A stretch of DNA of 64,000 bases from Octopus vulgaris (GCA_951406725.2 OX597837.1:8866001-8930000); one strand, 5' to 3'. Counted from the stretch's first letter, positions 12,743 to 25,870 are shown. Notes: a model not told the origin generated them from the sequence alone. Made by a program: numbers and translations.

Positions 12743-13075
12743 CATACAAACACACACACAAATACATATGATGATGGCGTGTTTACGTACCCGTAACATT
12801 AGCGGTTCGGCAAAAGAGACCGATAGAATAAGTGCTGGGGTCGATTTGTTCAATAAAATGCGGTGCTCCATCGTAACCGCGGTCAAATGACTGAAACAAA
12901 TAAAATAATAAAAGACCATATATAAATATATATAATCTGCATGACATGGCGGAGTATACCGTATCTACAAATATCCTCTCAACGATATGTTACTCTCTAT
13001 TTCTCTTATTTCCATATCTTCACAAATATAATTTTCTCTTTTAAATTCAAATTCCCAATTGCACTGATGACATCT
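11855..13075 (-). pseudogene. Two decayed exon-like segments sharing a coding-type motif (family unknown)
   Basis: 11926-11855 GCQINFEFHLEREFPFGCVDMEIR* versus 13075-13004 RCHQCNWEFEFKRENYICEDMEIR; codon-sized indels and synonymous differences. Confidence 0.35.
12772..12915 (+). mobile_element. SINE family 1, 3' half
   Basis: gtgtttacgt..cgtaac.ttagcggttcggcaaaagagaccgatagaataagt...gtcaaatgactgaaacaaataaaa. Confidence 0.8.
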
Positions 13076-13278
13076 AACAGATTGAAATCTTTATGCAATT
13101 GAAATATTGCAAAATCTAATAAATAATAAATAAATAAGATGTTGAGATATGACATAATTTGTTTGTCTTTAAATTTTCTTTTCAGTAAAACTATAGTTAT
13201 AAGTAAAATATTCAAGTATTCATTGTATAGTAAAGAGCGTAATGTGCAAGGATGTATATATATATATATATTTGTGTG

Positions 13279-13368
<90 letters not shown>

Positions 13369-15494
13369 GTTTGTGTATGTTATATACTTGTGCATTATAT
13401 ACAAAATTATTTGTGTATGTGTATGTATGTATGCACGTATGTAAGGATATGTGCAAAATTTTATATACTGTAACAAATATATGTGTATAAATGTATAAAT
13501 ATATAAATGCACGAATATCTTCGTATATACATATATTCCTTTTGGTTTTTCTGGAATTTCGTAAAATTCATTACGTTAAAGTATTTTGATAACTGCTGCT
13601 GCTGACAGATATAGCACATAAATATTGCAACTGCTTTCCGTTCTTGGTTTTCATGTGCTGTGAAAGCAAACGTAATAAAGCGATTGAAGGAAGCGTGGTA
13701 TCAAAACTTATAACCGTTGGCCCGAATTGGTTTCCCTTGATTTGTAATGATTTTAGTAGCAGAAAATGCATATTATGTTTAGCTGAGAAAAGAACCACTT
13801 TATTACATTCTCTGCGCTCGTACATATAACCCGTCTGCAGAATGGAGACATTTTCGTCCTTACCCATATGATTGGGAGTATATTTTGCCGTACATACGAT
13901 CCTCGCCATGGCTATCATCCCATGGTTCTTCTCCTTCCTCCCTGCCGTCCGAGTACCCAGCCAAAATTTTAAACAAGGCACACAAATGATCTCACAGAAA
14001 CATACACACACAAACATGAGCTTCAGCTTTCGGACACCCACACAGGACTCCCATTCGTTCCCCAAATACGTAACGTACACAGAGGAAATCCCTACATATA
14101 TTCCCAGAAAACGTTTGGAGCCTTACACGATCCCAAAGGAAATTTAGGGTCAGTTTTGGTATCACTCTGGCTCAGTTCACATCCTGAAGCTTCGTTTCTT
14201 CTCGTTTTCTAGTATCCATAAACTGGATGGGCATTTTGGCCTCCAGCAACGGAGCACAATCGCTATATATTTTTCCATACATGAATAAGCTCTGAAGAGC
14301 ACACGGTATTACTTAACCGTGCTGGTATTTAACATCCGGTTTCACTATGCAGCGCGTTGATCGGCCCCAATAGATCAACAATGCTTGCGATTGTATATAT
14401 TTATATATATATAACGCACAATGCAGATACACAGTTATGTGAACGTGTGGTATTGTAAAAGAAACGTACAAAGGTACACTCAATGCGTGCACACACACAC
14501 ACACACACACACACATACAGACACGCATATACACTCAGATACATTCATACGAACACGCGTACATACACAATAGCCACATATAAGTAATATGTATGTATAG
14601 ACACATGGATATGCAACTATGTTCGTAAATGTATGCATTTACATATGAACCCATATATATGCACACAAACGTATATATTTATAGGTGAATGCGCGTGAAT
14701 GTGTGTGTATGAGTGTGTGTGAGTGTGCGTACGTTCGTTTGTGTCTGTGTATATATAGGTTAGTGTCTTCGAGGTTGATTTCTATTTTAAAGCTTTCACA
14801 GTATTGAGATGACTAGATATAAGTTAAAAATCAGAAACTTTGCACAAGAATATAATCTTGATAAGAAAAGAAGGCATTGAAATTCTTTCATGTTGAATCT
14901 AAGCAATAATGTTTTTTATATACCAAAAATAATTGGAAAAAGCAGTAAATATTGTTGGCTTCATTTTCTTATTGTATTGCTAAATCCAGCAAATTTCTGC
15001 GATTTTTGTTTCATATTTTAAATTTGTTCTGTACTTTGTGGAGAGAAGTGTGGCTGTGAGATTAAGAATTTTTTTTCTCAGTAACGTGATTTGTGTTTCT
15101 ATCCCACTATTCGCTAACTTAAAGTACTGTTTTCTAATATAATAGCCGACCAATAGACATAATCTGAGTGAAATTTAACACTCGTAATCACAGAGTGTCA
15201 CATCTGGAAATCCGATGGGGAACTGCGACCATTGGCTAATAATCTTAATTAATCCTCCTTTTCAACCTCAATCCCAGCATATGCTGCATGGACTTTCCAA
15301 TATAATCTGGTCCTTACGCACGCACACACACACACACGGCTAAACATAATATGCATTTTCTGCTACTAAAATCATTACCAATCAAGGGAAACAACTTCGG
15401 GCAGTTGGTGCATATTATTGTAAATTTCCTTTGACTCCCATGTGATGTTGCCCGTTTTTTTTCCCGGCTACTTTTAGTGTAAAGTACGATATTG

Positions 15495-15600
15495 ATAATG
15501 AGGAGAATTAATAAATCTGAAAATGCAAATTTTATGTCTATTTACAGCTTGTTTATTCGTGATAATTGCCCGACGCGTGTTTCGATAGCATTAATTGCAG
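15495..15600 (-). mobile_element. Penelope-like terminal fragment with the 3' half of a hammerhead
   Basis: Minus strand gcaattaatgctatc-GAAA-CACGC-GTC-gggca...; homologous and inverted relative to 16154-16252. Confidence 0.5.
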
Positions 15601-15651
15601 TTGTAATTCTAATTCAAACTAATAACGAGGGAAATTTTCTGTTCGAACAAT

Positions 15652-15699
<48 letters not shown>

Positions 15700-15708
<9 letters not shown>

Positions 15709-16073
15709 GGCAGTTTGTCTGTGCGTGTTTCTGTGTGTCTGTTTGCTTGTACCCTCACCCTGACCACGGCTTTCAACCGATTCTGATGAAACTTGACACA
15801 TACATAGCCCAATGTCATAATTCAAAACTAACGCAGCGAAAATTTTGAAAAGTTCCCCCAGTTCTGAAAAAGATCGATATATTCGACATGGGGTCGAGAA
15901 TCAGAAACACAAACCGCAAACTGTCTAAGGGACGCAGCTCCACCTTTTTTAACTAAAAAAAAATTTACCATCATTTTTTTCCATTTTTTTGCTATTTTTT
16001 GGCTATAACTCTCTAAAAATGCTTTATAGTTATTTCCCTTACAAACCTGAGCAACGCCGGGCGATACTGCTAG
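15700..16073 (+). mobile_element. Non-autonomous Helitron-like element
   Basis: Starts in TATATAAA followed by ctgt/tgtg repeats and ccgatt..gatgaaactt; ends with subterminal hairpin cctgagcaacgccggg and CTAG|T (16070-16074). Confidence 0.75.
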
Positions 16074-16095
16074 TATATATATATATACATATATG

Positions 16096-16252
16096 TGCCC
16101 TGAAAAGATCGTAATTATGCATAAAACGCTGCATATATATATATGCAACAATAGGCAATTAATGCGATCGAAACAGGTGTCGGATAATTATTATGAATAA
16201 ACCAACTGTAAATAAACATAAAATTTGAATGTTCGAATTCTTTGTTCTCCTA
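16096..16252 (+). mobile_element. Penelope-like fragment with degenerate long-stem-II hammerhead
   Basis: tgcc-CTGAAAA-GATCG...CGATC-GAAA-CAGGT-GTC-gg (16096-16183). Confidence 0.5.
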
Positions 16253-16270
16253 ATTATCAACCCACACACT

Positions 16271-16312
<42 letters not shown>

Positions 16313-16500
16313 GTTGGAATTTACAACAAAAAAAAGACAAAGACAGGTGTATAAACAACAAACGGGTGTATTGGTTCAACGCTCGGGAAGGTGGGAAAGT
16401 ATTTTGCTTTTCGAGCCTACGCTCCTCAACAGAAAGGAGCACGAGAAAATAAACAGAGAGATAATAAAAAAAAGCTGTAGTGACCGGCAGTCGATGTATT
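16313..16500 (-). mobile_element. Hammerhead-bearing short element (CUGUUGA subfamily)
   Basis: Minus strand cttt-ctgttga-g-gagc-gtag-gctc-gaaa (16408-16436); begins at a (TA)n-GTT junction. Confidence 0.65.
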
Positions 16501-17579
16501 CATGTTTAGCATTAACTGGCAGAGAAAGTGACACTCATTACAATAGTTATTACCATTGCTATTTTAGTTTGGTCGAGTCAGTGACTTAATACTCTAAGTT
16601 GCACCTGTAGTTAAACAACTGTGTATCTATTAAAACTCAGATTAGCTGGAGAATAATGAATCTAAATAACATTATGGACTCTCGTTGGACGCGATGTATG
16701 AGTGTTCAACGTTTGTCGAACGACTAGCACAAGTGATTTGTCTATGGGGATCAAATGTATGTGCTGTATTTAAGCTAAATCACTCCATGAAATCGACGTT
16801 GCTTGAATTGGCGTATAGTCTACCACAGCGTTGAAGTGATAGCAGAGAAACGTAAAATCAAGTGTTTTACTGAAGAACACAACGTAGCACCCGGACCAGG
16901 AAATGAAACCATGATCTCACGATTATGAGGGAAACACACTTACCACTAGGCCTTGCAAACTGACATAAATAATATATACATTTGTGTGTGCGTGTTGTAT
17001 ATATACCCATTCATATAAGCCCTAACTTCGAGCCCACCGTGAGGATCTTGGATAAATGTCATTCTCATTGCCTCAGTCCCAAACCATAATGCATAATATG
17101 TATGTGAAGTTGCGTTGACTGAAACTGTATATCGCCTCTTTTGAATACCAAGGTTAGCTTGACACGAATATCTTTGCAGGTACCGCTATCTGTTCGTTTC
17201 TGTTAATCCCAACAAAACCATATACAACATTAATATTGCTTTCGCAGAAGTCCAGCACATTTCTCGACATATGTCACCCACCACGCTTCCTCTTTTACTT
17301 GTACTGCACAATTTATTTTGTCCATCTGCCTTGCTTAAGTATTTGCGCGCGTGCGTATGTGTGTGTATGTATTCTATTACGAAATACGTTGAACCGCAAA
17401 AGACACGAGAGACGTGTGTGACTGTGAAATATGTTTTCGTTTCATTATGTCAGATATAAATTTTGATAAATCTGATAAAGTCAATTTCTTGGATGCACTT
17501 TGGCCACAATCTATGGATCGCTGTTGTGTGTTCTGATAGTGGGCGGGTCCAGCACATTGAGATTGCAGGGTGTCACATG

Positions 17580-17985
17580 TTCAATACGGTGTAAGCCCTC
17601 CTTGAGTGTTCAAAACGGCCATTCGCCGTCGGTACATGGAGTGCATGAGATGGTTCACAAAAGTCATTGCCACCTGTACCTACACCCTGAGGAAAGCTAC
17701 CTCCAGTTCCACACGAGATATCGGCCTTGGGATCTCCTCATTCAGCCGTTTCTGGATTTCATCCCACAGATGTTTAACTGGGTTCAAATCCGGGATAGGA
17801 GCCGATCACGGCATGGTTCTGATGTTGCGCTGACGCACGAACTCCATGGTGGAAGGGAGCGTTGTCCTGCTGGTACATATGTCTGTGGTGACGCGTGATG
17901 TAGGGCACGATGTGAGGCCTTAAGATCTCGTCAACGTAGCGCTGCGCTGTGATGCCATTCCCTTTGCCTGTACCAACATTTTGCT
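17580..17985 (-). mobile_element. Tc1-family transposase pseudogene, C-terminal DDE part
   Basis: Manual translation GITAQRYVDEILRPHIVPYITRHHRHMYQQDNAPFH ... PDLNPVKHLWDEIQKRLNE...HSMYRRRMAVLNTQGGLTPY*. Confidence 0.88.
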
Positions 17986-18029
17986 AACATCTGTCCTGAC
18001 TTATTTGGTTTCAATGATATCATAATTCT

Positions 18030-18265
18030 TGTGAAATTTTGCACAAGGGCAGCAGTCTTGAAGAGAAAGGCAATTCAACTCCAGTGCTTGGCAAGTGCGT
18101 TATTTTCTCGATACCGAAAAAAATGATAGGCAAAGTCGATCTCGGCAGAATTTGAACACGGAACATCTCGACGACGTTGTGTCCTACGTGCGCTAGCCAA
18201 TCTGTAGCATAATCATCTTTACTCTTCGCTCAAAGCTAACGATTCTGCCAGTTCGCCATCTTAAT
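18030..18265 (-). mobile_element. SINE family 2, diverged
   Basis: ggcaaagtcgatctcggcagaatttgaac...gctaacgattctgccagttcgccatc is the reverse complement of the family head. Confidence 0.7.
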
Positions 18266-18962
18266 TCTGCGGCATAATACAATAAAACTCTTAAGAATTA
18301 CCAGTAAAAATAGTCAGTGTTTCATAGTGCTCGACCTAGAGAAGATTGTTAAACAATAGAACAAGACACATGACTAGACAACCCCAGTTTCTTAACAGCC
18401 ATCGCTCAATGAACAATGCTGATTCCATCACCATTCCATTACGCTGAAAAAAAATTGTAGTTCACATTTTTCGAATAAAAATACGGACATTAAACTAAAT
18501 TTTCCAATTAGCAATGTCATACTTTATCCTTTTGTATCATTGTAATGTGTCGCCATCCTGCATATTGTGAGAAATGGCTATTATAATTCCATGACAGCAA
18601 TCTAAAGAATTTCTCGCAATATTTGAAAAGCATATTTTCTGAAAGATTATTGCTCTAGTCAACATTTCAGTTATTTTTGTTTTCAGAAAAAGAACTTTCG
18701 CTATTGTTCTATTTTTCTTTAATACAATTTCATTAATAGTTCTTTATGCGGCCTTTCAAGTTAACTCATTGTCTCTTACATTCAGTCAACTCAAAGCCGT
18801 TTTTACATTTATATATATATATATATATATATATATCTTTCTATATTTGTTTAGTTCTTCACATTGTCGTCAAAATGTAATTTGGTGCAGGATGATGGAA
18901 TACGTATAAACAAAAGCTAAAAAAAGAACACCCACAACAGTCATAAATTATAATAAAAGTCA

Positions 18963-19084
18963 TGACGATGATAATAATAATAATAATAAATATATCAATA
19001 ATAATGATAATGATAATAATAAGAATAACAATAACAATAATAATAATAATGATGACGATGATGATGATGATGATGATGATGATG

Positions 19085-19155
<71 letters not shown>
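18963..19155. repeat. (AAT)n/(GAT)n microsatellite
   Basis: Direct reading. Confidence 0.95.
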
Positions 19156-19156
<1 letters not shown>

Positions 19157-19217
19157 CGGTCTACTATAAACACAAGGTGTTAGGATATTTCTAGTAGTGG
19201 TAGTAGTAGTAGTTGAA

Positions 19218-19435
19218 GGCGGTGAGTTGGCAGAAACGTTAGCACGCCGGGTGAAATGCCTAGCGGTTACGTCCTGAGTTCAAATTCCGCCGAGGTCGAC
19301 TTTGCCTTTCATCCTTTCGGGATCGATAAATTAAGTACCAGTTACGCACTAGGGTCAATGTAATCGACTTAATCCGTTTGTCTGTCCTTGTTTGTCCCTC
19401 TGTGTTTAGCCCCCTGTGGGTAGTTAAGAAATAGG
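19218..19435 (+). mobile_element. SINE family 2 inserted in a (GTA)n tract
   Basis: Near-identical to 10835-11058; tagtagtggtagtagtagtag on both sides. Confidence 0.9.
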
Positions 19436-19645
19436 TAGTAGTAGTAGTAGTGGTAGTAGTAGTAGTAGAGTAGTTCCTTTATCAGCAAATAATAATAATG
19501 AAGACAATGAATGGTAATAATTTGTAATAAGGTTTTCTGTATCAACGAACAATAGCAATAATTTGTTTGTTTCAATAGCGTTTGCTGATGCTTGATTAAG
19601 AAGGAGATGCTATTTTGTTGTATTTATTTATCATATGGTAATTAT

Positions 19646-20362
19646 TATTGTGCTGACCTTAAAGTTCGTGACGATTTATAATAGCTTACCTTTCGACTTA
19701 TTTTAGAACATGGTTGAGTCCATAAAATAGGATTTGACTACACATCCATTTAGAACACAGTTTAAGCTATATTTTCGGGGAAGAAGGTTTATGTTTCTAT
19801 AACCTGTGTTAATTCTGTATCCCTTTAAATTAGAAAATAAGAAAGTTCATTTTCGGAACTTGATGCTTTGGGAACCAGAAAAAAATTGCCGCAGCTCGGC
19901 TGGGATGTGTTACCCCACCCTCCGTATTCACCAGATATTGCTCCTTCGGATTTCCACTTACTCAGGTCTCTGAAGATAAGAAAGCTCATTTTTGGCACTT
20001 GATGATCTTCTTTTTCCGCAAAGGGAAAAATGCCTCACAAGCAACCAAAGAAATATGCGCAGTTTACGGTGATGTTTCTTTATCCGAAACAACTGTACGG
20101 AAGTGGTTCGCAAAGTTCCGAGCTGGCGATTGTAGCCTTATTGATAAAGAGCGATCAAGCAGACCATTCACTACAGATGATGACCAAATCAAGTAATTAA
20201 TTGAGAATAACCCACATTGCATAACTCGAGAACTGGCAGAAAGCCTCAACCTATCAAAATCCGTCGTTCATGAACACCTGGTAAAGCTTAAGTAATGGCA
20301 AGTATTTATTGACCTTTTTCTTTCCTTTAAAAATCGGCACGAACTTTCCGGACACCTCAATA
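19646..20362 (+). mobile_element. Internally deleted and rearranged mariner element with degenerate TIRs
   Basis: TIR-like tattgtgctgaccttaaagttcgtgacgattt / aaatcggcacgaactttccggacacctcaata; LGWDVLPHPPYSPDIAPSDFHLLRSL and FFRKGKNASQATKEICAVYG..TVRKWFAKFRAGDCSL.DKERSSRP motifs. Confidence 0.88.
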
Positions 20363-20892
20363 TTATTTTATTTCTTGTGTTCGTCTTTCCAATTTTCAGT
20401 GCTGTACAGAGATGGAACGGAAACTCACTAGCATAGAGAATTTGGTTTGAACTCAGAGCAAAAGAACCGGAAACGAAAAATATGACGTTTAATCAGTGAA
20501 TTGGTCTTAAACTTACAGCTCTACCATTTCTCCATGTTTTTTATTTTTTTTTACATATTGCCTACACAATATGTTATTCTAAGCATTGTTAACATTTGGA
20601 CCAACTATAAAAATCTGCAGGACCTCCTCAAAATTTAAATGATGATGGTTAAACCAAGATACTTTCCTTCAAAGTCTTGCAACGAAGTTGGTGGCTCATC
20701 GAAATTCACTCGCAATTAAAAAGATAAGGAGCATAAATACGCACACACAGACATACACACACATTTTTATATTTGCATATGTGTGTGTATGCATGTGTGT
20801 CTGTGTGAGTGTGTGTATGTGTGTGGTACCATGCTACCCACTGGGGTAACTCCCAAATATTCAGGTACCACTGTGTCATTGTATTAATATCT

Positions 20893-21053
20893 GCGCAGGA
20901 GTGGTTGTGTGGTAAGTAGCTTGTTTTCCAACCACATGGTTCCGGGTTCAGTCCCACTGCGTGGCACCTTGTACAAGTATCTTCTACTACAGCCTCGGGC
21001 CGACCAAAGCCTTGTGAGGGGATTTGGTAGACGGAAACTGAAAGAAGCCTGTC

Positions 21054-21138
<85 letters not shown>

Positions 21139-21340
21139 TGTGTCTGTGTTTGTCCCCCTAGCATTGCTTGACAACCGATGCTGGTGTGTTTATGTCCCCG
21201 TCACTTACCGGTTCGGCAAAACAGACCGATAGAATAAGTACTGGGCTTACAAAGAATAAGTGCCGGTGTCGATTTGCTCGATTAAAGGCGGTGCTCCAGC
21301 ATGGCCGCAGTCAAATGACTGAAACGAATAAAAGAGAAAA
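20893..21340 (+). mobile_element. Full-length SINE family 1
   Basis: High similarity to 4324-4742. Confidence 0.9.
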
Positions 21341-21346
21341 GACAAT

Positions 21347-21565
21347 TTAGCTGACGAGCAGGCAGAACTGTTAACACCCTGGGCAAACTGCTTAACGCCA
21401 TTTCGTCCGTCTCTAAGATCCAAGTTATAATCCTGCCGCAGCCGAATGAGCTTTCCATCCTTTCCCGGTTGATAAAATAAGTACCTGTTGAGTTCTGGGG
21501 TGGACTTAACCGTCTTGGTCACTCCTCCAAAACTGCTGGCTTTGTACCAAAATTTGAAACCAATA
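21347..21565 (+). mobile_element. Diverged SINE family 2, directly downstream of the family 1 copy
   Basis: gagcaggcagaactgttaacaccctgggcaaactgcttaacg...ttccatcctttcccggttgataaaataagtacc. Confidence 0.65.
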
Positions 21566-22233
21566 CATAGATTTATATTTTAACTTGAAATTACATTGAT
21601 CGCCATTCCCTATTTTAACTTTTCATCAAAGAAATATATTATCCAATATCACATAAAATATTTACAAGCAAAAGAGAATACACAAAACACCATTAAATAC
21701 TTCAAGAAGTGCGCGGATGACTACAACATTATCAACAACACGAATAACAACGACAGTAGCAGCGATAGTGACAACGATTGGCAATAAAAACAACAACAAC
21801 TATCACGTTTGCCACGCTGTGGGCAAACACACAAACACAGAGAGATACAGGAACTGCACCAAGTTTTCGGTTTCTTGGAAAGCAGCAGCATAATGCTAAG
21901 AACAATGACACATACATAATCACACACAAACACGCACATACACACATGTATACACACACACAAACATGGGCGCAAACGCATGGGCACATAAGGATACACA
22001 TCATAGAAGAGCAGAATGGATTAAGTGGGTCTAGAGCACGCACGGAAACGAAAAGTGTCGCTGAAGAGGCGGCAGATGTGAGACGAAAGATTTCAGGACA
22101 ATGGACATGAGTTAAAATATAAAAAAAATTAAGATCAGTAATAAACGAGTGAAGAACAAATATATAGTGTGTGTGTTTATTTGCCAAAAAACACTGACCA
22201 TCCCCAAATACAACTCTACATACATACATACTT

Positions 22234-22301
<68 letters not shown>

Positions 22302-23579
22302 AAGTATGTATCATTGTGTCTATGTGTTTCTCCAACGCTTAGCATTTGGTTTACCTTTGTTTACGTATCTTCGGGAACAGTGACCGATGAATTGTGGAAA
22401 AAGTACCAGAATTAAAAACAAGTACAGGGACACATTTCTTCGATTTACACCTTCAATCAGTGCCCCAACTTGGCCTCAGTCCACTGATTTAAACGAATAT
22501 AATATAAAAGGTAAAATCTGTACCGGAAAGAATTTTATATCCAGAAATGTTTCTATTTCTCAAACACCAAACGTATTTTGATAAATGTGTGCAAATGGTT
22601 TTCCAGATTTCTTTTGATTAATTTGTATTTAAAATTATTTCCAGTTAACGCGATATAATCTCTGGAAAGTGAATTATCAGCTATAAATACATTTGCACAA
22701 TAAACTATCGATTAATTATATAATTAATATTAATTGTCAGACAGGCGAAAATAGAAAAGATAAAACCATTTGGTTTAATACGTCATGCTGTTTCAATATA
22801 TATATATGCATATGTCGATAAACAGCTAACACATAAGAATTATAACTATAAAATGTTTAATAGAAATAATGATAAATTTAGCTTTAGTTGCGCACATATT
22901 TTTACCACCAAGATATTAAAAAATCGATAGTAAAATTTTATCAGCAACCATCTACGTCAATTACCTGCCGTTCATATAATTGTCATATGCACATAAATTG
23001 TTTATTAAATGCTTCGATTATTTCAAAATCCATACTTACTATGCAATAGTTTACACATCTCTGAAGTTATTTTACAGAGATGTTATTAGGGAAGCTGAAA
23101 ATAATTTTAAGAGAAGTTTTTAGCAGCATGAACATTCTTTTAGAAAGATGGGAAGTATTTAGACGCACATGACCTTTGAAAGATAAGGCAGTTGAAGCTT
23201 ACACAGACCTGAGAAATATATTGCCTAAATGACCATGAGACTACACGCAGAGTGTTCCAGATACAGCTTGGATACTGAGGTTCTTCACGACAAGACACTA
23301 AGAAACTATGTTGAGAAACACTGATTTAACCTAAATTTAAAACACCAGCAAAAGAAGAAATAAAGATAGACTTTTTTCTATTCCAAAGCAAATGGATTTT
23401 ATTCGCACAAATATGCAACTGAATAGTTTAAAGTACCGGTAATTATAAGTTTAATGGTTTAATCAGTAAGCTTGGCAGGAAAGACACGAGCATTAGAGCA
23501 GTATAAGAAAAAAAAATGGAAGGTGCAGTTATGTACAGGTAGACGAAAGAAAAGCAGGACAAAAACGGCTTTATCGATC

Positions 23580-23740
23580 ACATTCTCACCTGGAATCGAT
23601 TTTTGTAATTTTTTCAAGACTTAAACACGCCCTGACACGGTCGATGTCTACATATCAAATTTCAGCGCAATCGGATGGAGGATGCCCGAGATCCTAGAAG
23701 ACACACACACAGATAGACAGAACGCATTTTGTATAATAGA
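23580..23740 (-). mobile_element. Helitron-like 5' end fragment
   Basis: Minus strand A|TCTATTATACAAAA...ctgtctatctgtgtgtg...ccgattgcgctgaaattt; same layout as the 5' part of 15700-16073. Confidence 0.55.
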
Positions 23741-23956
23741 TTATTATTCTATGACAATCCCATTTTGTAAACTGTTGCCAAGATAAATTTTAATGACAAG
23801 AAATTGATCTTGAACTTTTAAGTTCACAAATTAAATATTATGAGGTCATGTTTCTTTGAAATCATAACAACTTGTACGTTTTTATTGTCTTATTAGTTTC
23901 CATTCCGTTTTTTACAATCGCTGATGAAGATACCACGTACTTGAACACCAACACGC

Positions 23957-24340
23957 GTGGAAGCGCAATTGCCCACTGGTTAAGGCAGAGGATTCGCGGT
24001 CGGAGGTTCGCGGTTTCGATTCGCAGACCGGGCGTTGTACGTGTTTATTGAGCGAAAACACCTCCGGCAGGGGGTAGTGGCGACCCCTGTTGTACTCTTT
24101 CGCTCCAACTTTCTCTTACTTTTTCTTCGTGTTTCTTGTCCCCGACTTCCCACGCAACCGCTGAGCCTGGATGCGCACTTGTCCATCCGTCGATGCTCTC
24201 GATGTCGGGGAGTTGACCTGCTTTATCTTCTGCTGGTCATACGAATAGCAAAGGACCTCGTTTCGGACTTCTCCCACTACAGAGGCGCGATCTTGCGAAC
24301 TCTGGGACGAAGACCGCTTCGCTCAACAAACAAACAAACA
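23957..24340 (+). mobile_element. Full-length SINE family 3 with (CAAA)n tail and 13-bp target-site duplication
   Basis: aacaccaacacgc at 23944-23956 and 24341-24353; head homologous to 7557-7740. Confidence 0.88.
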
Positions 24341-24987
24341 AACACCAACACGCTGCTCTTGCGCAAACATGTAACTTAGACACATTTCAGACTGGAAATA
24401 ATTAACGGTTCTTTATATGAATTTGGATGTGTAAGATCCTGCGTTATTTTGATAACATCGAAATAGATTTATGCATGAGGTATTTTCAAATATCGTTTCT
24501 CAAGGCTAAGTGATAATCATTTGCTTTCATTTTTAGTTTTATGTCTTTCTCTAGTATCTAAGAATAGTTTCTAACACGAAGTAATTCCATACGAAATTCT
24601 TTTCCATCGTCAACGTTTATATGTGTGTGCTTGTGTGTGTGTGTTTGTGCGCAGTGTGTATATATGTGTATTTGTGTGTGAATGTGTTGGTTGTGTACAT
24701 TCATACATACATACAAACATATGTGCATATTTTTATGTCTCTATTTCTATATCTATATCTATCTTAATACACACACGCGCACACACATATATATGTATGT
24801 ATGTATAAATATATATGTGTATATATATATATGTATATATATATAAAGAGAGAGAGAGAGAAAGAGAGAGACAGATATAAACACATTATTCATGCATACA
24901 TACATATATATGTGTGTATATATATATATATGATATATATATATATATATGTTATATATGTATATTATATATGTGTATGTATATATG

Positions 24988-25114
<127 letters not shown>

Positions 25115-25653
25115 CATTATATATTCCATATTCCTCACATGAGAAGTTGAAACTCTAGTCTGAGATTTTCCTGAGGCCAGACTGTGCATATTTCCTCTGC
25201 GTGAAATCTATTTTCAAAAGCATTACATATAATTCTTACAATGCTATAAACATAAACACATACCTGTTTACATATATACATACACACACATCTAATATAT
25301 ATATATATATGTATGTATATATGCATGTATCAATGTGTATATATGAATGCAGATAGCGCATGTGTGAAAGAGATGGTGAGAGAGACCGAGAGAGATAGTG
25401 AATGAGAGAAAGAGAGAGAAACAGAGAGTGAGCGGGTGATGGCTAAAAGGAAATATCTCGGGTACCCCCTCGGTAGATTCGAAATCTCAGACTGGTAGAA
25501 CAAAAATAACAAAGAATGGAAATTCGGAATTAAGAGAAAATGTTTGGATTTTCTAGCTAGAATTTCAAATCGGATCACAGACAAACGAAACAAAGAACAC
25601 AAGAGATCTTACACAAAGTTTTAACTACTTTGGTAATATTCCGTCTTCGGAAG

Positions 25654-25786
25654 ATGATTAGTTTCTTGTACGCTGCAACATGTATAATTCAAGCTGCGGT
25701 TATTATTGGAGCAGACAGCTTAGACAAAACGGCCTTGACACAACGGAGGATTGAAATTCTGCGTCAGAGATTATTTTCCGAGACAG
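25654..25786 (+). CDS. Candidate first coding exon of a small secreted protein (signal peptide, phase-1 donor)
   Basis: aagATG context; [44 protein letters not shown], then ACAG|GTTAGC; lies in a non-repetitive island; no transcript evidence. Confidence 0.3.
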
Positions 25787-25870
25787 GTTAGCTTTCTGTT
25801 CTACTGAAATGGTGCAGCACGATACAACAATACTGAGAAGGAAAGTAGTTTCACTTTCTCTCTGTTTCTT

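Noticed and set aside
13571-14080. 169-aa minus-strand ORF
   Set aside because: No recognisable motif, alternative start codon, partly low-complexity; probably repeat-derived.
15783-15792. CTGATGAAAC as a hammerhead core
   Set aside because: No stem II between the boxes; part of the ccgatt..atgaaactt motif of the Helitron-like element.
17500-17898. 132-aa plus-strand ORF
   Set aside because: Antisense shadow of the Tc1 transposase remnant.
21778-22110. 110-aa ORF with a protein-like end (EEQNGLSGSRARTETKSVAEEAADVRRK)
   Set aside because: Largely CA-repeat derived, weak splice signals, no recognisable homology.
23921-23950. CTGATGAAG...CTTGAAC hammerhead-like string
   Set aside because: GAAA is incomplete and no stem I or III partner is visible; interrupted by a SINE.
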